A program made the translations under genes and the position numbers. Positions 10,554-23,299 of a DNA stretch of 64,000 nt are shown piece after piece. The notes beneath the pieces were generated by a model. It was not told where the DNA came from. It ran no database searches and saw nothing but the letters and a program-made list of their open reading frames with translations. Every line of letters begins with the position of its first letter. Position 1 is the first letter of the stretch. Location: positions 434,001 to 498,000 of the forward strand of contig JBEWZL010000266.1 of the NCBI GenBank assembly GCA_045837725.1, read 5' to 3'. The DNA is from Vermamoeba vermiformis. Lineage: Eukaryota.

Positions 10554-13066
10554 TTAAATGCGCTCAGCGTAGTTAGTCGGGAACCAACCAGTCACACCGT
10601 TCTTAGTGGCCGTGAACCACGTGTCATCCGCGTTATCAATCTCCAAAATGTCACCTTCCATCACGTGCAACTCGCCAGGATTTTCAGCAGGGAATTCGTA
10701 CAACACTCGCACACGTGGCTTTTGAGGTGCTAATCATAACGTTAATATACAGCAAGATGGATTAAAAATTTCCAGATTTGGATGTGCGTACCGTGAGGCG
10801 GAGGAGTGGTCGGTGGCATAGGTCTGTTGCCACCAGGAGTAGGCAGTGTGCGTGTAGGAGGCTGAGGAGTACCACCAGTATTCATACCAGGCGGTGTCGG
10901 GGGCTGCTGTCTCGGAGGCACCATCTTGGGGTTACCACCGCCCATTCCGCCCGAGAGACGTCGCTCTGAAGGTTGATGGCTAGGCAAGGGCAATCCTCCT
11001 CCTTGATTAGGCACGACATTAGGATTAGCACCCATTCCTGATAAGCGGTTAGAAGATCCGTGTGTTGGAATATTAGCCATGCCTCCATTGGAGACACCGC
11101 GAGGAGGTGGCGCCGGGCCGCCGGGCTGCATCATGCCTGTCGAGGGCTGGTGTGGGACACCTAAGACACGTGTCAGAATGTAGTTTACAGCAGAAAAAGG
11201 AGATCCATATTTAAAAAATAATGGGCACCTCCGGCGGAGCTCGAATCCGCGTCTCCGGAGTGAAAGAACGGTATTCTAACCAACTAAACTACAGTGGCAC
11301 CCAAAAAACAATTTAGCCCCAAATGGACCAATCAGCGTCAAGCAAAAAAAAGTAATGAGGGCGACGTGATTCGAACACGCAACCATCGGACCTGGAATCC
11401 GCCGCTCTACCGTTGGAGCTACGCCCCCTCACTTGAAAGCGAGCAACCGAGAACAAACGAAGTCGTCAAAAAGAACGAGCGCATGCTCGGATCTACGTTG
11501 CCAGAAGTTCAACTTACCAAAGCCAGGCTGAGGAGCTCCGTAGCCGGGTTGAGGGGCGCCATAACCAGGTTGAGGAGCGCCGTAGCCAGGTTGTACGCCA
11601 CCATGTCCAGGTTGAGGAGAAACACCACCGTGTGTTGGTTGCGGGTGATGAACGGCACCGCCAGGACCTGGTGGGGGAGGAGGTGGGGGAGGGGCAGATC
11701 CGCCACCGAGGGTTGGTTGCGTGGGAGGAGGCAAGGGATGTGCTGAAGGTTGATGAGTAATCTGTGGCTGTGAAGGTGCGCCTCCTGCTCGATAAAGATC
11801 AGCTATGGACACCTGATAAAACGATGGCGCGTGTCAAACTTACCGCCGCCACCTTGCTGTTGTCTCAATTGTGCCAGTTCTGAATCGATTTGACCAATCT
11901 GCTGGTTGCTGACTTGAGCACTCTTAGCATCGCCTGATCGTTCGTAGGCTTTAGACATTGAATCCAAAGCTTCTCGTTGTTTCATCAAGGATTGGATCTT
12001 GGCGTCAACCTCTGCTGGTGACAAGTGAGCATTCGACGCTGGCTTGCCGCTTGATGGTGCAGAGACGTGGGCTACTGGCACATTCTGCGTGCATTAATTC
12101 ATTAGAATACTTGCCTAATAAGGAAATATTGCAAAAAGTATCGAGGCCAAAAAGTCAAAAAAAATTGCGTTTAAACTCTTCCTCGTTACAAAATAAATAT
12201 GACAATCAATACTTACAGCTACGAATGCCAATTTGATCTTAATATCGCCCGTGACGACGTCCTTGTCTTTGCGTCGCATTAAAGGGTACCACTTTTCTAC
12301 GGGATTGCCAGTGCTATAAGCCTCGTGCAAATCACTTGATGGAATTGAAAATTCGCCCATAAAATCATGGCCACCAAATCTGGATTATATTTCGATATTA
12401 GAGGCTATTTTTAGACTATGTAGCGTAAGAACTGAATTTAGTTTGTTTGGATCCGTACTTATCCCAATCCTTGCACTTCATATCGACGCGCATGCGATCG
12501 TCAACATTTCTATTTATAATTCGGTTAATTGATCGTTCATGAAAATGAAAGAGCTTGCTAATTTCATCTTTTTACTTACTCGAATGAAAGAGACTCGTTC
12601 CATTGAGGATTCTATATTAAAATAAATAATGAGAATATTTCTCGAGCGAAATATATTCAAAAGGAGCAGTAGAATAGAATTCCAAAAATACCCGGATTTA
12701 CGCTGCGTAAATAAATGATAATTTCAATTGCTAGCTGAATGTGGTCTATTTTCCATACCAGTGTTTGCATAATTTTCTTCGTCTTCTTTTTTTGGGCACC
12801 GACCGTTACGATAACGTAAGGATCTGAAAAACCTATAATTTGGAAGCAATGATTGAGTAATTATATTTGAAATAATATTCTAATATTATTTATTACCTGT
12901 CTTATCTTTTGCGGCAAGATCTCGGCCTTCAATAACTACACAATAAAAATAAATTTGTTATTGAAGGTCTGGTATAGTATGTATGTCATCCTGCCTCTTA
13001 TATATACGTCTAAAATATAATTAAATATTATCAGAGCTTACCAGTAACTGTTAAAACTTTCGCCAT
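10554..13066 (-). CDS. C2 domain - HR1-like coiled coil - Pro/Gly-rich region - SH3 protein
   Basis: N-terminal C2 (VIEGRDLAAKDKTGFSDPYV...TLNPQWNE...DWDKFGGHDFMGE), helical segment KIQSLMKQREALDSMSKAYE, polyproline and PQPGYGA repeats, and a last exon encoding SH3 (RVLYEFPAENPGELHVMEGDIL...TWF...GWFPTNY*). Confidence 0.88.
11226..11298 (-). tRNA. tRNA-Glu(TTC)-like gene with imperfect stems (possible pseudogene), intronic
   Basis: GCCACTG TA GTTTAGTTGGTTAGAAT A CCGTT CTTTCAC TCCGG AGAC GCGGA TTCGAGC TCCGC CGGAGGT G. The T arm pairs fully, but there are two anticodon-stem mismatches and one acceptor-stem mismatch. A T-run lies downstream. Confidence 0.65.
11356..11428 (-). tRNA. tRNA-Trp(CCA), intronic
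   Basis: GGGGGCG TA GCTC CAACGGTA GAGC G GCGGA TTCCAGG TCCGA TGGTT GCGTG TTCGAAT CACGT CGCCCTC A folds as a full cloverleaf and is followed by a T8 Pol III terminator. Confidence 0.93.
11523..11617 (-). repeat. 21-nt coding tandem repeat (PQPG[YH]G[AG])
   Basis: Translation shows PQPGHGGVQPGYGAPQPGYGAPQPGYGAPQPG. Confidence 0.85.
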
Positions 13067-13628
13067 CGTGTTGTTATTAACGGAAAAAAATTCAAAATTG
13101 GCAAACTGGCTTGGTAGTCAGTTTAAGTAACCTTTTTGAAATGAATTGAATGGAGAACAGATTATATCAATCAATTGTACCACAATTCGCGAAAACGCTG
13201 TTTTTTGGGGTTTCTCCAAAGATCTTTCGTCGAACGGTATTAATCACTTTTCAATCTCGGGATATTAAATTACGTAAGGAAAAGGAATTATTGCACACTA
13301 CATAATCTAAACAATAACACAGTATATTAATTGCTCAAACAAGCTGCTGCGCCGATGTGAATCTGCAGCAAAAAGCTAATCCAAAGGGATTATGCAAAAT
13401 ATCAACTAGCCTTCTAAGTGTAGGTTAAAATACATGCGTGTGTCAGTATTACACGCGAGGCACGTCATAAATCAGTCTAGATACTAAATCCAAAGAACAT
13501 CCGTGACGTGGATTTCGTTCTTCTCTCGATCAGTCTGACGGCTTTGAAATGGCTTCAATAATGTCGGTAATGGTGGTCATATCTGCTCCAAAAGAGTTTC
13601 AATATTACTCTTCTTTTTGCTGCTATTT

Positions 13629-14628
13629 TTAGTCCTCGTCTTCTTCGTCAACATCCATTGCATCGCCATCGCTTACGTAGCCGCCGCAATCCTTCTCTGT
13701 AGTATAAGACGCATACTCGATCATATTGTCGTAGCTTGTACCAGGCAAGACTGCAATAGCTGAGCTTTTAGTGGGAGGTTCGCGCACGATCAAGCCTCTT
13801 GATCTCAAGACTGAACAGATGACGCGGGCATCGCCGAACCATTGCAAAAACAGTGTTGATTGTATATTACGATCCATATCAAATGCTGAATCTGCTGGAA
13901 TCGTCCAAAACACCGCTCCGCTTTTGCCGCATTCAATTCTACTCCACGCGCAAGTGTTGCAGCACTCAAAAGACCTTTTTAAGACCCATTAGTATCTGGT
14001 TAAATTCACATATATCATATTCACGTACATTTTGGCGTTAAATCCAATGCCACGTAATACTGCAAAGGCATCTCGAATGCGCTCTCTGTCGCTCGAGAAT
14101 TTTGGGATGCACACCAATGATTTGAAGAGTTCTTTCCATGACGGCAATTTAGCCAATCCCAACTACATTAGAAAATATTAAATTTAGAATTCCATTGGCT
14201 ACAAGCCGTAATAATAAGGGACTTTTGATTTTTCTATGAATTTGATAAAAAAATACGAAAAATGCCTAAATAAATACCTTGTAGCCAAAAGAACTCGCAC
14301 AAAGTGCTTTCCATAATCTGTCATTGCTAGTAAATTCGTTCCACGCCTTACAAACAATGCTGGCTGCTGCCAAGTCCTTCGGTTGAAGATTCAACAAAAT
14401 CTAAACATAGGCGCATATCATATTAGCCAATAACATTCACAGCGAATTAATTTTATCGAATATAATTACCTTCTCATAAATCTCTGGAGGTAACCGAAAC
14501 ACAGTATCAGATTCAGAGTCACATGCGCGCGGGCACGACTTCTTAGTAGGTACTGCCACAGCCTCTCCTCGGCCTGCACTCCACTTCTTGCCATAATGTG
14601 GTCCCATTGCAGGCAAGTTCATAAGCAT
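13629..14628 (-). CDS. F-box protein with a C-terminal CCxxC domain of unknown function, 4 exons
   Basis: Spliced F-box FRLPPEIYEK|ILLNLQPKDLAAASIVCKAWNEFTSNDRLWKALC, then RIRDAFAVLRGIGFNAKMSFECCNTCAWSRI...AVFWT...LFLQWFGD...VLRSRGLIV and an acidic tail. The start codon is uncertain. Confidence 0.82.
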
Positions 14629-15589
14629 CTGTGGTGTTGATATTTCATTTGTGCATAAAAAACTGGATCAAAGAATTAAGTAATTTTGAAGTTCAAATCG
14701 TGACACGTGGATAAACTACTGTTCCGACGTCGTTAGCCGATCATCACTTGTCCGCGGACCCCTCGCCTTATTCTACATGATGCCCAATGCACGCGTTCCG
14801 GCCACTGCTTCTCGTTTTCTATCAAATTTAAATACGGAGCTAGTATACTGCGGTATTCCACGGGATCTGATTCCCATACGTTAATTAATGTCGTTAAAAT
14901 GAATAGGACTGATAGATACGTACCTCGAATAGCACCGAGTGCGCAAATCCGCGGGCAACTCACGGCGGCCTGTCAACTTGTACAAAAAAATGTGGGTGAA
15001 CTCAGAAAGGCGAAAAACGAGTCGAATTTAAGAGTATAAGAAAGCTAAAGATTTAAAGATAGAACAACATAAACTGCGAGATTAATTTCAGTTCAAAGTG
15101 CAAGATGTGTCACTTTACCGTTACAAAATCCAAACCAAAAATATCGCCTCCGATATTAATTATAAATGCCAACAACTTAATTAGTGCACATTATGTAATT
15201 TAAATTGTACTTAAACAGGAAAAAAACCACGTTTATCGAGCTCTTTGTTCGAAATTAATTTGCGTTACGTACCACTACCACTTAACAATACATTACCTTA
15301 ATATTTCCTCGTGTAAAGTAAGTGAATTAATATTCCACGCTGCTTTGTTGTATTATTGGAGTCAGATCTTACCAAGATATTTGGATCAAATCCAAATTTC
15401 AGACACAATGAAGTGCTCTACCAAATAAACTTTACAAATCTAATGTGTCATGTTCCCATATTCATGAGTTGTTGTAATTGATTTGTCGCAATTTTGATTT
15501 TTCGGAGGACCTTTCAAATGCACTAAAATACGCAAAATATTATCAGTATTTTATTGCTGAACCAGCGCATCAAAAGCAACATTTAAACA

Positions 15590-15766
15590 ATGCAATACAT
15601 CGCACTCATCGTTGCCATCATCTTGGCCGTATTCTCTTCTCAAGCCGAAGCTGCCGGTGCTTGGGGTGCTGGAGATACCATTGCTCTTTTGTTCGGATTG
15701 CTCGTTGGCATTATTGGCTTCTTTGCTATCATGGGCTGCGTTGCTCGTCGTTCAGGATCTGCTTAA
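15590..15766 (+). CDS. SMIM30: 58-aa small integral membrane protein, SMIM30-like
   Basis: MQYIALIVAIILAVFSSQAEAAGAWGAGDTIALLFGLLVGIIGFFAIMGCVARRSGSA*: a signal peptide ending AEA, then AGDxIALLxG...G....xGxxARR, the pattern I recall from human SMIM30. It is below the ORF-track length cutoff. Confidence 0.8.
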   Translation: MQYIALIVAIILAVFSSQAEAAGAWGAGDTIALLFGLLVGIIGFFAIMGCVARRSGSA

Positions 15767-16429
15767 AACATGGTCAGACCATTCAATTTTGTATAGAAGA
15801 ATAATAACAAGATATTATCGTTTTGGGATGCGAATCACGCAAAAAAATAATTAATCATTCAAGCAATAGAATGAATTATAATAATATACCTCGTGTAATT
15901 TTGTTAAATGGCAATGCTATATTTTTTTGCGCATTTTGCTACCAAAATAAATAATATTATTAAAAATAACACCCGATCCGTTTAACTACAATAGCACGAG
16001 AACTATACAGCTATAACACTCGTCAATGAATTAACTCAACACTAACAACAACCAATTGGCGTTCAAGAAACTTCTAGAGAAAGATACACCTCTGATCGGC
16101 CTTTGCCAGATCTGACCATTTAATGAAAAGGAGCAAGTTCTAACAATGGGTAACGCTTCAATTAATTACTTTTAACAATTTCATACTCTAAAAGAGCTTC
16201 TGAACAGCGCATCTGCGAGAGGTCAATAACAACATACCAATTCATAAATATTTTAATCTTTTGTTTATGATTTAACTTACTAAAATTTGCAACAACAAGC
16301 GACTGCGATCCGGATCCAACGAATAGGAAACAAAGATACGTGATTCAATGATTTTATTGTATAACCGTAACTGAAATCTGAGCAATTACTTAACGTTGCT
16401 ATTGATCAATAAACAGTGTTCTTATAAAC

Positions 16430-17563
16430 TTATTTCTTAGTCTGCAATACTTCAGCCAATTTGCCCTCCTTGTAATAGCCAACAACGATGTCGTGTCCAC
16501 CCACGAATTCACCGTTCACGTACAACTGAGGGTAAGTAGGCCATGAACTAAATAGTACATGTTAGTATTATAGGTCCCTAGTGCATCTATATTATCGCTA
16601 ATATGGGCCATAAAAAGAGGTTGTAATGTAATTATTGGGTTGAAAAGTGTGCGATCCGATCAGATCTGGATCGCGATTGTGTAGCGCTCCCAATCAATAT
16701 GTATTCGCAATTATTGGTCTATATACGTACGAATACTCCTTAACGCTTTGTCTAAGGTTGTCATCCTCAAGAATGTTGATGCCCTTGAATTTGGCGTCTG
16801 TTGAAAAATTAGTAATCATTGTCTAGGAGCGCAGTTCCCACAGGAAAGACAAGTTCGAATAATATATAATCAATATAATTTTAATAGCGTAGACAAAAAT
16901 AGGTATAATTCGGGCTTAGGGAGCTCAAGTAAGGAATATTTTAATATCGAAAAATGCTTTGGCTTATGGAGCTTACCGTGATGGTTCAACAAGTTAACGA
17001 CAGTTCGGCTGAAACCGCATTGAGGAGCATCAGGTGTTCCTATATGAAATACTGAAGTTATTACCGGAGTTCTCGTGGCGCGTGGATCGGGAGTTCAATT
17101 TCAAAATATTCAGAAAACGTTCTCAACTGATTATAATATTATGTACCTTTCATAAATAACAAAACGGGGTTTGATTTAACTTCAGCGTCGATGTATTGCA
17201 TAATGGGATTTTGTTCTTTCTTGTCAGTCGTGTACTTTCTGGATTTCAAAGTAAGGAGCAGGGAAGAGGGCCTAATAATGCGGTTAATATTTAAAATATT
17301 TACGGTTTTATGTGGCATTAAAACATGAATTATTTCGTTCGTTGACATACTTTCCGCTGGCACCAGATCGCGAGATTTGGGTGGTAGTGGCTCTGCAGGC
17401 CTTAGTCTACGCAAATAAATTAATAATAATTTCGCATAATATAAGACGCTATTTTAATCGTAAGACGATAGCTTCAGAAAAGGTTTCATAGATCCGGCTC
17501 CAGATCTGAATAATGCTCCGACGTTAGATTAATGTTATTACTTACGACAATATTCTTGAGCAT
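16430..17563 (-). CDS. GLRX5: Mitochondrial monothiol glutaredoxin (Grx5)
   Basis: Exons give [40 protein letters not shown] and [21 protein letters not shown]. The active site is CGFS and the N-terminal presequence is basic and Ser/Thr-rich ([20 protein letters not shown]). Confidence 0.93.
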
Positions 17564-17769
17564 TGTGTTGTTGTTGAATTAAATAGTGGCTAAAACAACA
17601 ACGGTCCTGCCCGTTACTTTTTTTTGCTGGACACGTTTTCTCGCTTTTTGTTTCGTGGTCTCGCGAGCAAAAATATTTGCTTTATATTATTGCATATATA
17701 CTAGTGCAGTAGGAGAGTTAACATCCAATGTTATTATAAAGCAAGTCTGTTGCAGAAGAAATCGCTCAG

Positions 17770-20229
17770 ATGACGTGGCTCAACAACCGAGCATTTGAAA
17801 CGCGTCTTGGCGTAATTTGTATATTATTTTTATTTATTTCAAATAATTTCGTAGTTATTTATGGAAAAGAGTTCGTCAGAAAACATGAACGAGCTCAGAT
17901 TAAGTAAGTAAACCGAAAATAAATTATATCCAATAATCTAGTTAAATTTAACACATGCTCACATGTAATATGCGAGTATCTCAATTAATTATTGATATTG
18001 TTCCTTTTTTTCGAGCTTTAAAAAATTTTACACGTCATTAGATTTTAATTCGTTAATTTCCGTTGTAGGGAAGCTGTAAAAGACATGTTTTACCACGGGT
18101 ATAATTCTTATATGGCGCATGCATTTCCTAAAGACGAGTTGAAGCCTCTGAGTTGCTCTGGATATGACACTTGGGGCAGGTAAGATCCATCCAAAAATTT
18201 ACTTCGCTGTAATTTTGCTAAATATTTGTTTCGTAGCTATTCATTAACACTTATCGACGCCTTGGATACATTAGTAGTGATGGGCAATAAGACCGAGTTC
18301 GAAAAAGGTGTTTGGTGGCTAGTAGATAATCTCAATTTCGACAAGGACAAAAATGTTTCTTTGTTTGAGACCAATATTCGCGTAGTTGGAGGTAATATAA
18401 GATCTATAATTATATTTGACTAGTCTTTAACGAAGTTTATATTTGTAGGGTTACTATCGGCCCATTTGTTAGCTTCACAACCGGATCTAGATCTCATTAA
18501 GACCCGCCCGTATAATAACGGTAATACATCAATATTGATAGCATATTTTTATCTAATAAGTCGCAATTCCGCTCAGAATTGTTGAGGCTAGTTGTGGATC
18601 TGGTCGATAGATTGTTGCCAGCCTTTGAAACTCCGACACGAATGCCGTACTGCACGATCAATCTGCGCCATGGCGTGCCTTTCAACGAGACTACAGTGAC
18701 GGCTACAGCGTGTGCAGGCACATTAGTCCTCGAGTTTGTGCTGTTGAGTCGACTGACAGGTGATCCAAAGTACGAGTCAGCGGCGGTCAATGCTTTGCAA
18801 GCCCTGTGGAACAGACGATCTACTTTGAATCTCGTTGGAAATCATGTAAGTAGTGCTGAATATTACGATTCTTATTATACTCCTAGCAAGTTTACTTAGA
18901 CGTTTTTTTTCTCTTTCTGAGTCGGTACATTAATGTTTATTTCGTAGATTGATATTAGTTCGGGAATATGGACTCACAAAGACGCGGGTATTGGGTCTGG
19001 AATAGACTCATTCTATGAGTACTTGCTAAAGGTACGTCAGATCTGACCAAAAACTTCGTTTAAAAACAGAAAAATTAAATGTATTTGATGTATAGGCGTC
19101 GATATTGTTCAATGATGATTATTATATGGATATATTCGAAGTAGCGTATAAATCAGCGTTGGAGCACTTGAAGAAAGGCCATTGGTACGTGCAAGTCTCC
19201 ATGGACAAAGCGTTGATGGTCTGGCCGCACTTCAATTCGCTACAAGGGTTCTGGCCCGGCATGCAGGCTCTATATGGCGATGTTGATCATGGTGCAGAGA
19301 CTTTGCATTCATTTCATTCGATTGTGCGGAGATTCGGGTACGTATTTGGTCGATCCGAATCCGTTTTCAGTTAGCAAAGAAATTTCAGTAATCGATAATA
19401 TTTAACCGTCATACTATTGTTTAGCTTATTTTATATGCCATTAATGACTTATTTTGAACAGATTTCCGCCGGAGGGTTTCGATCTGACTAAGAACCAATT
19501 AGTTCCTGGTCAAGAAGGCTATCCTTTGAGACCAGAAATGGCGGAAAGTTATTACTATATGAGCTTGATTAAGAAGGATCCTATTTGGTACACCTACGGT
19601 TTAGATCTGTTCCGCTCTTTAGAAGGAATTACTCGAACTGTAAGTAAAATTACTCCGACTCGATGTAAATTAACATTATGCTAGAAATGTGGGTATGCGG
19701 CTGTTAAAGATGTATCGAAATATACTTTAGAAGACCGTATGGATAGCTTTTTCTTAGCCGAGACGTAAGATCCTCCTTATTTTCGCGTTGACTTTTTTTG
19801 ACCAATGATTTCAATCTTAGATGTAAATATCTATACTTGCTATTTGACGAAGATAACTTCGTGAACAATGGAAATTATATATTCAATACAGAAGGCCATT
19901 TATTTCCGGTTGACATCAAGTTCATGGTTGGATCGGCGAAAAATGTATTAGTCGTTGGTACAAATATGACGCAGCCGTCAGCTAATACTACAAGTACAGT
20001 AGTTTATGAATTTGTGAACGAAGAGGCGGATGATTTTCTGGAAGAGGAGATAATGGAATTTGAAGACAACGCAGATCAACTTGAAGAGATCGAGCCTGTG
20101 GCTGAAAATGAAGAAAAAGAGCAAGACAAGAAAATCGAAGAAAAAATTGTCAAGAATCGACAATGCAAGTGGACGTATAAGCGGCGGATGATTTCCGAAG
20201 ACTTCAAATTCGATCAGCTAAACAGATGA
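17770..20229 (+). CDS. GH47 alpha-1,2-mannosidase, EDEM-like
   Basis: N-terminal hydrophobic anchor, then [87 protein letters not shown] and IFNTEGH. Confidence 0.95.
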
Positions 20230-21017
20230 AGCGGCGCAACAAAACTAACACGTGTAAATAAACCAATTCAAAGAAAATACGAATATATAGGCATCATTTA
20301 GTACCAATACGCTTATTAAGCTTTTATTTTACAGAAGGAATTCTAGAATACAATCAAAAATTCAAACAGAATATGTACAATGAACATGAAGAGAACAGTG
20401 CCCATAGCATACCCTACACTGCATATCGATTCTTCATTTGTAGTATTAATGCTCGAAAAGGCAGAATGTCGCTTCAAAGTGCCGCATCCAGATTCATTCA
20501 AAATTGCCGCAGAGCGAGACGACATAAGTGGGCGCCAAGTGGGAATTCTGGAGTTTTGAAATGAATAAATCTATTTTTATTGCAAAGTAATTTAAGCCGT
20601 GGCTACGTTGTTCGGCTATCTTCGGTGCAGCGTTCAGTACAGACGTGGCTTGCGATGGTTTTTCTTTGTGGTCTTTTCTTTGTTTTGAGGGACAATCTGA
20701 TTGAGATGTAAATACAGCGGGAGTTTTAAGATGCAATTTATCGCCTATAATCTCTGCGCAGATTCCTGGCCGAGAATTCGGAATAATTCAAATTCGCTCA
20801 GCGGAATTTCACCCCTGTTGATTAAATTTAATCTGGAGTACAACGAAAACTTATATTAGACTATTTATATATGTATTTTTAGCTTTACGGGTCTCCCGAA
20901 GTCTTCTTGATCTCGGATCCGTTCTGTCAAAACGAACCATGATTTCGAAAATAATGGAAGTGTGGGCATTATAAACCAGCAAGACGTTTAGAATTAAGTT
21001 TATAGTGCAAGTTGTAA

Positions 21018-23299
21018 TTACAATAAAAATACAATAATGAGCAACAAAACTCCGCTGCTCAATCCAATTTTAGCTGAAGAATTTTGCGGTCCACGTTTTC
21101 CAGGAGCTGCGGGCTTATTACTAGCAATAGGTGTATTACCGGTGTTCACTTCCAATTTAACGCAGTTAAATCCGTCGCCTTCATAGCCATCATTGCAACT
21201 GCATTCGAACGAACCAGGTTTGTTTTCGCAAATAGCATTGGCGCAGCACGGATTAAATTCACATTCGTCAATATCTGCCCAAAAAAGCATATTAGCGGAA
21301 TTATTCATTTAGTACAATTAACGGATCTCGATACTTACCAGTACATCCATCAACGCCTTCACCGGTGCCAGTAAAACCTTCGAAACAAGTGCAATTATAT
21401 GACCCAACGACGTTCGTGCAGTTAGCGTAATCGCTGCAAGGATTATCGACCAAACACTCGTTGATATCTGCAGCAGAAAAATTAGACTTAAGTGTATGTA
21501 TTAATGTCACCAGGAGCGTACCTTGACAGCCATTTTCACCAATGCCATCACCACCGTAGCCACTCGGACAAGTACAAGTGAAATCTCCAATGGTATTGTC
21601 GCAAGTGGCGAGAGGAGAGCAGGGAGTATTCAACGAACTGCATTCATTGACATCTGATGGAAAATATGTCAACGCCAGGGTGCTCATTTACGGGTATAAC
21701 TTAACATACCTTGACATCCGTCGGGGCCAATGCCATCACCATCATAGCCAGCTGGGCAAGTGCAAATGAACGAACCGTTGTTATTCGTACACTGCGCGTT
21801 TGGTGCGCACGGCGATTGGTCGCATTCGTTGATGTCTGGTACGAATAAAATTAGCTTCGGACAGCTACTTTAAGCACCAACCACGACGTACCTTGACAAC
21901 CGTCAGGACCTTGTCCATGACCTGAGTACCCTTGATGGCAAGTACAAGTATATGAGCCATTAGTATTCGCACAATCGGCTTGTGGTGCGCAAGGAATGGT
22001 CGTGCATTCGTCGAAGTCTGAAAGTTAAGTCTGATCTGCAGCCCGGATCTTAATGTTTTTTGAACGTACCTTGGCATCCGTCAATGCCTATACCATCGCC
22101 AGTATATCCATTGTTACAATTACAAGCAAACGAGCCATTCAAGTTCTAGATCCGAGCACGGCGCGTTATCGCATTCATTTACATCTGCAGGCATTAGTAT
22201 CGCTTTAAGAAGAATACTATATGCATTATTATACTCACCTTGGCAACCGTTCTCACCGATGCCAGAGCCAGTATATCCATCGAGGCAGTGGCATTCGAAA
22301 GATCCATCGAGATTTTCGCAGGTAGCATCCGGCGAGCATGCATTTAATGCACATTCATTTACGTCTAACAAGGCATTAATGATACTATACGATGTGAATT
22401 ATTATGATTGTCACGTACCAACACAGGTACCATTACCATCACTTTGGTAACCTTCCACGCATGTACAACTGTAAGATCCGCGCAAGTTGGTGCAAGTAGA
22501 GTGGGCTGGGCAACATCCAAGATCGCATTCATTAATATCTAAAGGAGCCATTAGTAATTTAAGTCATAGAAATATTTTAAGCGGAAGGAAAATTTCGTAA
22601 CGGAATTTCCTAATTGGAAAAAAAACTTTTGTAATTACCTCCGCACATTCCATCCGAGAACTCGTAGCCTTTACCGCAAACTTTGTAAGCAATCTCATCG
22701 ACAGCCATCAAAAAGGCAGAGAATTCGATTTTTGAAATCAGATCGCTGATAGCTTGCACTTGAACTATTCGATAATCATTTGTTATCGCTGTATTTGCGG
22801 GAATAGTAATGCAATTAAATTTAACACCACCGGTGGTGTACATAGACAAGGTTCCAGTTGCTCTAACGTCGTTAGCAATTCGCAAACTGAATTGGTAAAT
22901 TGGCGGATCGAAGGAGATGTAGCTCGTCGAAGTTGAATCTATAGCCAAGAAATAGCCAGGTGTAGTAGACCCTCCATTCCAATTTTCATTACCCATCCAA
23001 TGCCCAGGATTAATGCTGAACCAATAGTTCCATAACAAGCTCGAACTTCCGCCGATCGCAATAGTATGGCTGGCTGGAATTAAAGACGAGTTTAACATTA
23101 CGTATTCAGGGCTAGAAACAGAATATTTCCAAGGTTGTCTGACTGTGAAGCCTTGATCGTCGAAAGTAATTTTTCCATCGAAATCCGATAACTCGGTGTT
23201 GACTACGGCAGCCGCGAGAACATCGGTTACGCAAGTACCAAATGTAGGAGCTATAATTCCTAGAATAATAAGAGTTAAACAGATGGCTCGAAGGAGCAT
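21018..23299 (-). CDS. Cell-surface protein: signal peptide, ~200-aa N-terminal domain, eight calcium-binding EGF exons (one frameshifted), C-terminal hydrophobic/GPI-like tail
   Basis: Repeated phase-1 exons D[IVF][ND]EC...C...A.C.N..G[SD][FY].C.C..G[YF].G.G....C; signal peptide [17 protein letters not shown]-terminus [17 protein letters not shown]. Confidence 0.9.

Noticed and set aside
11294-11746. 150-aa plus-strand ORF, similar to ORF 45005-45307
   Set aside because: It is antisense to the tRNA-Trp and the PQPGYGA exon. The similarity comes from the duplicated tRNA and flank, not from a protein family.
14700-15580. Short ORFs in the spacer (14733-14963 and the start of 15478-15804)
   Set aside because: They have no motifs or splice support. 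The longer ORFs overlapping 15590-15766 are alternative frames of the SMIM30-like gene.
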